A stretch of 64,000 bases of DNA from Nageia nagi. Its lineage: Eukaryota; Plantae; Pinophyta. Positions 1 to 12,627 of the stretch are shown one piece after another. The notes under the pieces are model-generated. The model saw nothing but the letters and a program-made list of their open reading frames with translations. It did no database searches and was not told where the DNA came from. Each line of letters starts with the position of its first letter. The first letter of the stretch is position 1. The translations under genes and the position numbers were made by a program. The stretch covers positions 185,442,001-185,506,000 of the forward strand of contig JBITNC010000001.1 of assembly GCA_050084985.1 (NCBI GenBank), read 5' to 3'.

Positions 1-2290
1 ACCCTTGAGGGTATTAAAAAATATAGAAACTCGAAGGTTAGACAGTAAGAGTTTGCCCTTAACCCAAAATTTTGAATTTAGTTAAAAGATGAGTTGGGTT
101 GGGGCCCCAACAAAATTGATTATTTCACCAAATTTTGATTTAAATATACCACTAAGGTTCATCATATTGAAAATAGCATTTTTGTGAGTTTCAATATGAT
201 AAGTATTGAGAAGCTTAGTACATGCAAGACCCATTACCAAAAAAAGATAAACCACTCCCACCTAATTTTCAAGGAATATCTAAAGAGGGTGACAAGACTA
301 AGGCTCAAAGGGAATAGGGATTAATAAAAAGAGAAGAGGTAAGTGAATCATCTAGTTCATGGAAGCTATTAAAGAATATGAAAAGAACTCAAGTTGAAAC
401 AACTATTGATTCCTAGGAGTCTTCCCCAAAAAGAAGAAGAAGAGGTCCAAACTTTGGCATACGCTCAAGCACAAGAAGCCCTATTGAAGAAAGAAATACC
501 CAAAAAGAAACCCCAAACCACTCAACCCTGAGTAACCATGAGTACACAAATTCCATATCCCAAAATAAGTCAAGAAATGCTAGAACCAATTATAGGTAAA
601 GTAGATATGGTGGATGCTTAAGAAACTCAAAAGCTTGAAAGCATAGACATTATTTTTTTACAAGATGCATAGGAGGAAATGGGGGATGAAGTGCAACAAG
701 GAAGAGGCAATGTACTTGAAATAGTTATTTCTACAACATTCAAGGGTGAAGTGGGTAGAGATGGAGACAACAATGATGATGAGGATCCAAAGAAGAAAAA
801 AGACTCTGGACCAATGGATAAGACTCTTGAGAAGGAGAAACCTTTAGAAGAAGAAGAGGAGAAAGTTGAAATATTAGCTTCCACTCAAAAGATAATATAA
901 GAGCCTGCACAAGACAAACTGGCATCTACTTCAAGGATAGGTGGACTTCCACATTTGTTGATTCCTTTTTCTACATCCTCATAACAAGAAATGAAAAGTA
1001 TTTTTTCAACCCAAATAGTAAATCCCATTAATTGGGCAATATTTGTAAATAAACCTCCTATGCTCCTAGAGAAACAGTTTAAAATTTGAGTAAAGTAATA
1101 GAAATAAGAGATATCAAAATTGTCTAGATTCCTTTCAAAAAAGGTTAGATGGATATTACTCCCACAAATGTAGTAAATGTAAATATGTAGAGTGCTCCAA
1201 CTATAGACTAATCTCAATTACTTGTAAATACTTCCATGGTAGCTAGAAAAATCTCTAATCTATGGAAAATAAGATTGATAGGTTAAATAAGAAGATTTAT
1301 CATTATAAAATAATTATCAGGTTGTAGAACCAGAATAAGGATTTATTAGGAAATATGGACAAGCAAAATTTTGAGCTTGAGAAAAGCCTTGAACAAAATA
1401 ACATGAAGCTAAAAAATGTAAAGAAATAAATGGAAGATCTTAAAGCTCAAGATGAGGTAATAGATAATCAAAAGGCCCAACAAATTGAAGAGGAGTTGAA
1501 AAAAGCAGTAGTGGTAAACAAAGTACATAGTGATGATAAGACAAAGTTGCTACAGATTATGAAAAACTTTAAAAAATCCTTGATTGAGCAAATAGGAGAA
1601 AGATTGGTGAGTTTATCATAATTGCATTTATTAAAAAACTAAACAAAATAAGCTCTCCAAAAATGTATTACCTAGGCTACTCTACATAAGTTAGCCTTAA
1701 GTGTACCTAAGTCAGTAATTGAAGGAATGTATAGTTGGCTGAAAGCCCTGATCGAAAAGGATCTAACTACCATCACCCTTAGGCCAAGGAAAATAATTTT
1801 AAGGAGAACCTAGGACATCCACGAGTTACAAGACCTAGTTTTTATTATAGATATTTATAAACAATAATTGAAGATATAGATTGGCTTTATTAACAAATTC
1901 TTTCATTCTTTAATAGAATTAAAAACTCCTAAATTGTGGGAGGAACAAGATATACATGGTAGTGCCAATTGATTGGTGGCCAATACCATTCAATTTTTGG
2001 AAAAATATTTATTTGAGAATCAAATCTCATATTTGTAATAAATAAGTGACATAGCTCAAGAAGCAATAAAAAGGTTTATATATGTCAAAAGATTGGAAAA
2101 TGTGTTGGCAGGTTTCAAAGAAAACATAATCAAATTACAAGCATGCCTTGTTTTGTTGTAGGTAGATTATTAAGATTTAAAAGATTTGTATACCAAAATC
2201 TAGTCTTTGTTCCTCATAGAACTAATTTTGCCACTTGATACCCCTTCAAAAACTTCATCTAGAAAAGCAAATAGGAGGAACAAGTAAAGA
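1..2290 (+). pseudogene. Decayed C-terminal half of a long acidic/coiled-coil ORF, probably the accessory ORF of a Tat-like gypsy element
   Basis: Purine-rich E/K/D-rich fragments (679-900, 1430-1621) broken by many stops. Composition resembles the C-terminal parts of the accessory ORFs at 22875-25270 and 56100-58000. No direct alignment was established. Confidence 0.4.
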
Positions 2291-2604
2291 GTTCAATTTT
2301 TTAGCATGCTAAGACCTTGAGAGCTGCCAAAAGATTGTTATTATTTTAGAATCACACTATGAGAAAAGGGTAACATTCTGATATTTTTATTCTTTTGTGC
2401 ATTTGAAATAAATTCATTCTTAATTCCCACTTATTACTCCTCTTTCACATTTTGTAATATTCAAAAGGTGTCTATTCTTTGTACTTAGTCATTTTGTCAA
2501 AGTTTGTTAAGTCTTGAAAGTTCCAGGTACTGTTAATAGTCCATATACTATATATGTAAATAAGTCTTAAACATTTAGTTTTATGCTTAATTGCTATCGA
2601 GGGG

Positions 2605-3738
2605 TGTTATAATATGTACTAGAGGTTGTAGTAGTCTATCTAATACTTTTTGATAACAGTACATAAGTTTGAATTCATAAGTCATTGTTAATATATCAAA
2701 CTCATATATGTGAAGTAATGTGTCATGTCCAGGAGATACCCATACATATAAGGGAAGTAAATATCTAAGTCAAGTCTAGGTATGGTAGAAACCTAGATCT
2801 CTCTAGGAAGTGTTGTAGATAAGAGTCCCTACTAAGTTGAAGTCACCAATATTTAATATGGTAAAGCCTATGGATTTCTAAATAAAAGCTCCACTATATA
2901 CCCAAAATTAGCAGGAGATATTTCAAGAAGTCCATTATCCAAAGCCCACCAATTTCAAGTGATGATGTCATACTTTTTACCTAAAATCAATGGGTCTTAA
3001 GATAATCATTAGTGGGAGTTATGACATTCAATAAGATATAGTTGGAGAATTCCATTATTCAAAGCCTATTGATTTTGAGGGATGATGTCATACTTTTTTC
3101 CTAAAATCAACAAGTCCCAAGATAATAATCAATAGGAGTTATGATGTTCAGTGGGAGATATTTTAAAATAACCAACAATGCTGATTGTACTTAGTCACCA
3201 TGTAATCTAATATAGTTATAACTATAATTTATACATTTGTAAATAGTTTCTTATGCTATTGTTAGTCAATAGCTTAGTTAAGAGCATTAATGGTAGACAA
3301 CCACCCAATTGAAGATGTAAATATATAAATAGTGGACTATTATAGGTCCAAAAGGTTAGACATTCTAACAAATTTGCCCAATTTTGTAAGGTACTTTCAT
3401 GTATTATAATGAAATTTGATAATGGTTTTCCATTTTATAACATGTGACTATCTATTACGCTTTGTGAATGTTATGCATGAAGTGTTATCTTAAATTATTG
3501 CTATGTATTATGATTGTGATACCCCAAGGGTAAGATAGTTTACTATTCTCAATCTTGTTTATGGATTGTTGTCTATGCTACAATGCCTAGGCTATTTAGT
3601 GTCAAATTTTCTTTCTTTATTTAGTATGTTCATCCCTTTCCTATTACTCTTAGCCTTTTTATCTCTTTCATGTTACTTTTAACCTTCACAATAGATAGGA
3701 ACTGACCTATAATCTAAAGATTGAGTAGAAAACCAACA
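2605..3738 (+). repeat. Probable LTR (boundaries uncertain)
   Basis: Purine tract tcgagggg then TGTT at 2605; TATAAATA near 3324; candidate ends ...ccttcaCA (3690) or ...gtagaaaaccaaCA (3738). No partner LTR in the window. Confidence 0.35.
2912..3165. repeat. 120-bp tandem duplication (about 2.1 copies)
   Basis: gatgatgtcatactttt at 2961 and 3081; the flanking ccattat-caaagcc and aagataat-ggagttatga blocks repeat at the same offset. Confidence 0.85.
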
Positions 3739-3842
3739 TGAGCGCATTCCCCACCACCTTCTACTCTTTCAAGGACCTTACTATTGTAGGAAATGGAGAA
3801 CATGACCAAACCAAACCCTTGAGGTTACATTATATTGATCAA

Positions 3843-6220
3843 CACTCAATAGAGCTTCAAAGAAAGATAATTACTCATTTCCCTTACTAGATAAATTTTT
3901 GTAGATCATTAATGGTTCTTAAATGATATCCTTTTTAGATGGCTATTTAGGGCACAACTAGATCATGGTAAATAAATATGATATATTGAAAATTATATTT
4001 ACATAAAAATGGGAAAAATTTGCTTACATTTGAATGCCATTCAATTTGATCAATGCTGGTGCTACTTTCCAATGCATAATGGATTACACTTTCCAAGGAT
4101 TGGTTAGTAAGTCCATTATCATTTACATGGAAAACCTTACCATTTTTTCTAAATACTGATATTCACATATAGATGATTTAAGAACCATATTTGAAAGGTG
4201 TAGAAAGTTTTTTATCTCCTTGAATCCTAAGAAATGTATTTTTGGCACCTCAAAAGGATGATTACTAGGCATATAATTTTAGAACATGGAATCTGAGTAA
4301 ATGCCATTCAAAACATATCTTATCTAGTGAGCTTGAAAGAAGTTATATCATTCATAGGGAAGATTAAATTTATTTGTAAGTTCATTTTATGATTTGCAAA
4401 TATCATGAAACCTATCATTGGAATGATGATGATGAAATATTAGATCAAGTTGGATGAAGAATCACATGTTTTTTTTTACTAAAATATTAAAGATGCTATT
4501 TCAAAAGTACCTATGTTGACAAGTCTAGATTATAAAAAACCATTTTATCTTTATTCATTCACTTCAAAATATTCTATTACTAGAATGCTCACTTAGATGG
4601 ATGAGGCTAGTTAATAAAATCCTATATCCTTAATGAGAGCCCCTTTGAAAGATGCAACATTGAAGTAATCCATTATAGATAAGCAGGCATATACTTTGGT
4701 GAAACCAATTAAAAAATTTAGGCATTGCATTCTATGTAGTAAAGTCATAGCTGTAGTATCTAAATCGATAGTTAAAAATATACTTGCTCAACATGAATTA
4801 GGAGAAAAAAGAGGAAATTGGATCTCTACTCTTCAAGAATATGATTTAATGATCCAACTAATGAAAATAGTTAGAGGGAAAGGTATAACCAAAACCCTCT
4901 CTCTATGTGATGATGATATTCCTTCCAAATATGAAGAAATGCAAAGTACAAATAATATTATGATATGTTAATATATAACCATAAAAGGATCATGGTATGA
5001 ATACATGGTGGATTATCTCACTTTTGAGGCATATCCCTGATATTTTAGTTAGGCACTGAAAAGAGCTTTGAGATACAAGTTTGCCAAATTTATGATACAA
5101 TCAACCAAATTGTATAAAAAAATTATGATAGAATATATTTAATATGCCTTGAAGAGAATCAAATCAAAGATATTTTGATGTAGTTTCACAATCAAGAGAA
5201 TGGAATTGGCCCTGCACTTGGTCACATGTTAGCTCATTAAATTCTAAAAGTTAGATATTATTGACCTTCATTTTCAAGGATGCACATAATTATGCCAAGA
5301 CTTGTCATATTTTTCAAACTAAAATAGGTAGAGAAAAGAATTCAAGCTTACTTTTACAACCAATCCTTGAGTCTAGGACATTTGCAAAATGAGTACTCGA
5401 CTTTATTAGAGTTATTCACCCTAATTTATCTGTAGGTCACCAATTTATTTTAACAACCACTAACTACTGCACAAGATGGACTGAAGCACAAGCTTGCAAA
5501 AATACCACAACAAAGGTGGTCATAAGTTCTTAGAAGAATCCATAATAACTTGGTTCAAAATGTTGTATTCCTTGATTTGCAACAATGATCTCACCTTTGC
5601 ATCAATTTCATTTTAGAATGGGCATACAATCATGGCATTGCATTGGGATTCTTCTCTAACTACTATCCACAAGGAAATGAAGTGGTAGATTTGAAAAATA
5701 AGAAATTGGTGGTAGTGATTAAGAACCACCTAGATAAGAATCCATAGGGATGGCACAACAAATTGAAGTATGCTATTTGTTTAGATAGAATCCAAGTGAA
5801 GCAATCTATAAGTACTAGCCCAATTTGGCTTATATATGGCACATAACCTATTTTCCTATTACACTTGAAGATTAATACTTTGTAGTTTATGAAAGAATAT
5901 GTGGATACAAATGATGTTGTTGAAGAAAGGTTAGTTTAGTTACTTAAATTGGAAGAATAACAAGAGCAAGTATTTCCAAAGTCTTAGCTAACATCAATAA
6001 ATCACTAAAAGATGGTTTGATAAATTTGTTAAAGAGAAAGACTTCATACTTGGAGACCTAGTATGAAGATAAAGGGAAACATACCAAATTAGATAAATTA
6101 TGGTTACATCCATTCTAGATATCATGTGTTACCAGATTGAATTTGTTCATGCTACAACACTTGATGAGAGAAGAGCTACCATTACTAGTTAATGGTAAGC
6201 ATACGAAACACTATTTCTAG
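3843..6220 (+). pseudogene. Ty3/gypsy (Tat-like) pol relic: RT-RNaseH-integrase, 5' part missing
   Basis: Recognisable decayed motifs: LNRASKKDNYSFP, MPF.LINAGATFQ, IYMENL (YxDD site), LNPKKCIFG, RNaseH WISTLQEYDL (ORF 4696-4971), integrase H..C..C, DYCTRWTEA, NYYPQGN; many stops and frameshifts. Confidence 0.9.
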
Positions 6221-8764
6221 GCTTGAAGAAAGTGACTTCATTTTGTATTGTGTAAATATATTTTTTCTCCATAGTTAGTAGTCTTATTCCTTTCATTTTT
6301 AGTAGTTTAGTTTCCATTGTATCATAGGTTAGATATGTTACAATGAGAAATCACAAAAAGAAAACTTTGAAAATGAAAAAAATTAGGTTAGTAGTTGCTT
6401 TAGAGACCATAGTTATAGAGACACTCTAGCCAATATCTTGATCCAATGCTATATGGTTTTAGCTGCAAAATTTCCCTATCAGAATAAAAGATATATGTAA
6501 GATGGTGTATTCAAATTCAATATTTCATATACCAATCACATCATTATAGAAAGATGAGAATAGGGGTTACTAAAATATCACTAGACTTAGATAATAACCT
6601 AGGTGTCCTGATGACTATTTGGATATCTAGTGAGAGTTTACTCACTATAATGTAAATGATGATACAACCATAAATGAGCATGCTAATATTGGTTCATTCC
6701 TAATGGATGATGCATATAAGTATGTATCCAATTTTTATCTAACTTTTTTTTTGTCTTATTGTTTAGCTATTGTTGTGCTTGCACAACATGCCTCCTAATT
6801 TTTGTAAAATTTGGGGACCTTGCTTTTTTGCAAGTGATACCTTCAACAATTAAATTTAGGAAATATAAGAGCTAAAACTAGGATCAACATGCATTGGCTA
6901 AAATCCTCCAAAATTCTCTAAGTTCTTTAAGACTTAAATAATTTCACTTTAGGTCACATATTTTCAAGAGTATGCATGGGTAAAGTTTATAAAGGGTGTG
7001 AATGAGGAATTTTTTTCTAAGCATTAAGTTTTCACAATTTTTAGGTGCAAAAGTGATTAGTTTCCAAGAAAAGCAACTTGAACATAGTAAAAAATTCAAA
7101 ATCTCCCAAAATTGTGAATACTAGCTAGCTAACCTTAGTTTGAGAAAACATTTTTTTAAGTATGAAGAGGTTATGCTTTTTTAGGGGTATGCAAAAGGAT
7201 GTATTAAAAAATAAGTGAAAAAATGGAGAAATAAGGAGGTCACATGTTTCATGAAGAATGGCATGACAAGCGAGATCACATGTTTTGAAAAGGATGCATG
7301 AAGCATGGCTTACAATACACATGCAACTAAGGTTGCAAGTTTTGAAGGAGATGCTTGGAGCATGTGTGCAAAAACATGCGACTTAGCCTCATCCTAGGGA
7401 GGCAGGTCAAGCAAATATATAAAAGCAGATCCCCTTTCATTATAAATTTGAGTTAAGTTAGAAAGAAGTGGATTATGTATGTCACATAAAATACAAAAGT
7501 CATACTTTTTCCATATAATTCCCCTAGTCCAATTGATTATGCATTTTGCCTTAGTAAGGTTGGTCATGTAATTCATAGAATATACATTGGGTATGTATTT
7601 TAAAACATGCAACTAAGACTTCCTTGAGAATTGAGCCTAAGAGGAGCTTAAAAGGAGAACATCCTCTTCATTTTGGCATGAGTGTGAGTCAAACAAAGAG
7701 ATCACATATTTCCCATGGAATGCTTTAGTTTTTCCAAGGTCATGCATTTTCCATTGAATGATCCAATTCAACTAAGTTGCACATTTTGAGAAGAGTGCAT
7801 AGAGCATATTTTTGAAAACATGCAACCAAGAGGACTAGGTCACATGGTTTGAATAAAATACCTTGGGCTTGTATTTTAAAATATATGACTAATGCTTCCT
7901 TGAAAATTGAGCCAAAGGAAGGTATAAAGGGAAGTGCCACTTCTCTTTTAGCAAGTTTGGGACCAAAGAAAGTTGGGCATATGTTCTCTCCCAAATCTCT
8001 CAATATAATTGGTCACATTTCAAGAAGGATGCTTTGTGCTAATGTTTAAAAATATGTGGCCTAATTATTTTTGAAAAATATGCCAATGAAGCTATAAAAA
8101 TGGATGCTCCTCCATTTTGATACAAGTGTAAGAAGTTTGGTTGTGCATTTTCAGTAAAATGCTTCAACTAAAGTGGTCATATGTTTGAAAGGGTATGTAA
8201 GTGGCATTGTCTAAAAACATGTGACCTAGTCCATTTTTTTCATAGCATGAGATCTCCCTTGAATGAACATGTGGATCACTAAGAATGGCCCACATGGTAT
8301 ACCAAAGCTATAAAATCCCAAATTGATCACCCTTTTTCACCATTGGAGCTGGTCACACATTTCAAGGAAAGTGTGGATGCAATGCTAAGAAACTATGCAA
8401 CCTAGCTTAGTTGAAAATTCATGTAATCTGAAGGAGACACCATTTCACTTGAAGAAACATTTATCAAAGGTATGCTGGAACTTATATCTAACATTGAAAG
8501 AAGAATTGATCATATATTTCCAAAAGTATGCTAGTAGTATGATCTCATGAACATGAGATCTCATATAAATTGATAAATAGTTGTTAGATAGATGCATGAA
8601 GGGTTCCCTGTATTAGAATTGATCTAATTGTAACACTTTGAAGGGGTAGGAATAAATTTATTTGAGGTTTGAAAAGCCTTAAGGCTTCAAAACTAATTGA
8701 AGAATTTGGTAAAAGCTAAGGTTATCAAAGATGACCTTTAGAAATCACTTTCCCCTTATTCATA

Positions 8765-10077
8765 ATGGTTGGTAAGGGAGACTTTGATTAGTTTTGAAAA
8801 GGATGGAAGAATCTTTCTTCACAAAGGAAATAATTTGGCTGACATCTCAAATATAGATTGTTCACATATTGATATCGAGAAGACCTTGGAGGTGATCTAA
8901 AAGTTATATAAGATTTCTTTATCTCGAGAGGTGCTATATACATTAGTGTTGGATGATATAGGAATCATTCCTACTGCTATCCCATTTCAAGAATTTTGTT
9001 GGGAAGTGGGGAAATAGTGTAACTTTCTGGAGAGAGTCCTCTTTAATACCGTGGATCATAAAAACATGGAGTTTTCAATGAAGGGGATTGAAGAGGATTT
9101 CAAATTATTTAGTGAAGGAATGATCTATATAGAAAAGTACTCCATGGCCTTTTACTAAGGATTAAGTAAGCCCATAGAACTACTCAAGAAATGGCTAGAA
9201 GATGATTTCCAATATTATATAGGGGCTAAACTAATCAATGCTTCTAGAACTAGTTTCCTTAATGTAGTATCCCAGATTATCAATCTTTTGTGTAGAATTA
9301 TCAAGAAACCAATTGATTCTAAGTGTAAAATTGAATTCACAAGATTCATTTACCAAATAAGCATGGGTAAAAAGATCAAATAGAATAGAGCCCTGAGTGA
9401 TACACTAAATGAGCAATTGATACACTAAGTATCCAATTTTGAGAGAAATAACAGAAAATTTAGCTATTGAAAGAGATTTTGCTTTTGCATATCAAGATGT
9501 CAGGCCATATGGGGACTTATTTCTATAAAGTATCAGTGCAACATACATACAAGTATACGGTTCTCAAAAGCCATCAATTTTGATACCCAAATATGCCATC
9601 AATAAGTTACTAATAATGGAGTTATGTAGGTAGATTTTGTATTTATGGAAAAATGTATGGAAGAAGAAAGATGCTACTTTCAATTTGCCTATCGTAATTG
9701 TATAATACTCTTGAACCAAGTGGAAGGAGGTAGAATCAAGAGCTAAGGAAATCTATCTTTATATTTTCCCAATAACATAACTATATTAAAATTATGATCC
9801 AGAGGAGAAGATACATTAATTTTGTTTGGCCCATTCAAAGATTTGGACCATGCTTATTACCTATCAATCCGTAGGACTGTTGGAGAGATACAAGAATATC
9901 ATGAGAGATGATGAGACCTTGAAGGTCCATCAGTAACTATTGAAGCAACATAACTTGGATAACATTATGAGGAAAGGGATTGATTTCAAAATAACAAAGC
10001 TAAGAGGGATAATTGCAATAAGGAATCCTAAACCATCCTAGATTATAATGGAGATATTTTCAGAGGGACCATAAGAG
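8765..10077 (+). pseudogene. Accessory ORF of Tat-like element, N-terminal conserved part
   Basis: Manual translation gives KDGRI, IINLLCRIIKKP, LSDTLNEQL, IQVYGSQKP..IPKYAINKLLIMELCR, which align in order with the minus-strand ORF at 56100-59530. Confidence 0.7.
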
Positions 10078-12032
10078 TGTTAGAATTTTTAATGCATTAT
10101 TGTTTGGTAATTAAAATGTAAGTCACTTACTTAATTCACATAAATACTTTAAAAAATTATTTAAAAATACTTTTTAGTATTTAGGGAATTAAATAAGTGC
10201 AACTTGACCATTCTTATCTTATGTAAACCTTGGGTAAAAGGTGAATTAAGATGGAGTTCTCTCCTATAAATAGAGGGTTTGGCCTTGTTGTAAATATATT
10301 ATTGTTCTGTGCTAACATTCTTGTGTTAATTTATTTATTTATTTCTAAATAACAATAATGTATTGTTTCTATTTTTTTTTTGATATTTAAAATAATATAA
10401 GTTTACAATTATTTTTACCATATAAACATTTCTTTTATGTTTATAAAAATGTTGGGTAAAAATTGTAATTTTTTTCTTTTCTACTTTGTATAATCTCTTT
10501 TTACAAATTGTTATAATTTATTTTGTATTAAAGAAAATATATATTATCTTTTTTATAAAAAAAGAGAGAATACACAATGTAAAAGAAATTATATATATTG
10601 TTTCTAGTTTACAATGTAAAATTTATTTACAATATCAAATGTAAGTTTTTTTTTTTTTTTAAATGAATATTAAATTAAATGGCAACCTACCGGAGCCTCA
10701 GCCTGCCAACATGCCCAGGGTGGGGGCTCAACCAGCCAACGCCACCATTCTTTTTCTCTGAGTGCGCTCTGTAGTTGGCAGTCTAGATTTGTTTTTTGGG
10801 GGAGTATGCTAGCGGTCGCTTCGCCACACAAATTTTTTTTAATTAAAGTTTATGTCAACTTGTTTAAATAAAAGAAAGCAAGTTGTGTCTTGCTTTAATT
10901 TTTTTGTAGAATTACTTGGTAGAGATTCTTTTGTATTAAATGCATGTTTTTATTACAAACTTACCCCTTTTTATAATATTGTAAAGTGTTTATTTTTTAT
11001 TTGTTTAAAAGGGGGAGATTTGTTTTTCTAAAAAAAGGTGGTACCTTATTTTGTGAAAAAAGACTTATTATGAGGGAGATTGTTTTGCCCTTACCTTATT
11101 ATAAAAGAGGCCTTATATTTTTTTTGTTATTAAAATAAGGAAATTATTTTCTCCCTTTGTTAAGTGTATTTTTTAAAAAAAGAGGAGGAATGATTCTAAT
11201 TTTAAATTATTGTATGATGATTTTGTTTTCCTCTTGTCCTAATCTTGTTCTTGAAAATGCAAATAGGAGTGTTTGTGATATCTTCTAAGCATAGAAAATT
11301 AAGGATTTCTATTACAAGAATGAAGACGCTTGATAAGAAGATGGACAAGCTTTGGAATAAATCAAAGAAGAAAGAATATGAAGATAAAATGCAAAAATGG
11401 TCAATCCTTGTGAGACAAAGAAATGAAGTCATAACCCACATGCTCCATTTTCAAACTCGCTATACGGTGGACTCCAATGCTTTTATAGTTGAGGAAATGA
11501 GTCTTCCTCTTGAAATAAGTCTTCCCTAAGCAAGTTGATGTTAATTAACCTTGCTTTTTATATGTTTTTAATACTTGAGTTAACCTTGAGCATGTTGTAA
11601 AGCTCCTAGAGCTTTATTACGTAACTAACCCAAAAACCAAGGAAACTACTAACCTCTTGTTGTGTGGTTGTCCTTCTTTTATGGTTAAACAATCAACAAA
11701 TGCTCAAATTAAGTTAAGTCAATGGTAAAATATGCACTAAATACTAACTACAAATACTAACATCAAATGCTAACTACGATTATAGATTAGGACTTACTAA
11801 CCTTTAAACTACTTAAGGTTAAACAAGTACACTAATATGACTTATAATCTACTAACATTGATTTACAACTTACTAACTACAATTTTCTAACCCAAACAAA
11901 GCTACTAACCTGCAATTTGTCATTTTTTTTTATTTTATACAAATTTGTATAAGTTTCTTTCTATTGCAACAATATTAAACATGATTAGTTTATATTGGTT
12001 GGTTACTTGCAATTGTTATGTTAGTTAGTTAA

Positions 12033-12567
12033 TGTTAGGATTTAATAAGTTTATATAAGCAAGAGCATCAATAATTCTCTTACTCCTTAGCAAAAGAAAC
12101 AACATTCAAAGCATACTACTGAAATCAAATAACCATGAACATCAATCACACAAAGAGAGACACAAGAGATAACGTGGTTCACCCAATGTAGGCTACATCC
12201 ACGGAGAAGCTTTCAACCCTTTTGCATATCATTCTTCAAAGTCCTCCAAGTAACAAACCAGCAGCATAACCTTGCTACAATCTTCACTTTGGAGTTACAA
12301 CAAAACCTCACTACAATCTCTCTCTCAATAATCACAATCTACTTCACAATTGCTATCAAAACTACAATACTACATGCCTCAACTCAAGCCTCTTATTTAT
12401 AGGTACAAACTAACCCAACTTAAACCCAAGTTGGATTAGGAAGGTTGTTAGGTAACCCCCAACCCTTCTATAACTAATAACCAGGTGTCATGGCTTCTTG
12501 GCAACTGAAAAACGAGAAAGAAACTGCTCTCTATTTTCTAGCCGGTTGTAGTCTCCATTTTCTAACA
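12033..12567 (-). repeat. 3' LTR of the Tork-like copia
   Basis: Adjacent to the PPT; 528/535 identical to 16584-17118 by manual comparison. Confidence 0.97.
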
Positions 12568-12580
12568 ATCTCCCACTTGG
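12568..12580 (-). promoter_or_regulatory. Polypurine tract
   Basis: Minus strand CCAAGTGGGAGAT directly before the 3' LTR. Confidence 0.9.
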
Positions 12581-12627
12581 AGACTTCTTCCTCTGCAACA
12601 AGGGTCAAAAGCTTCTCATCTTGGCCT

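Noticed and set aside
8765-10077. Calling the accessory ORF a retroviral env gene
   Set aside because: No convincing signal peptide or transmembrane segment in the readable parts; position alone is insufficient.
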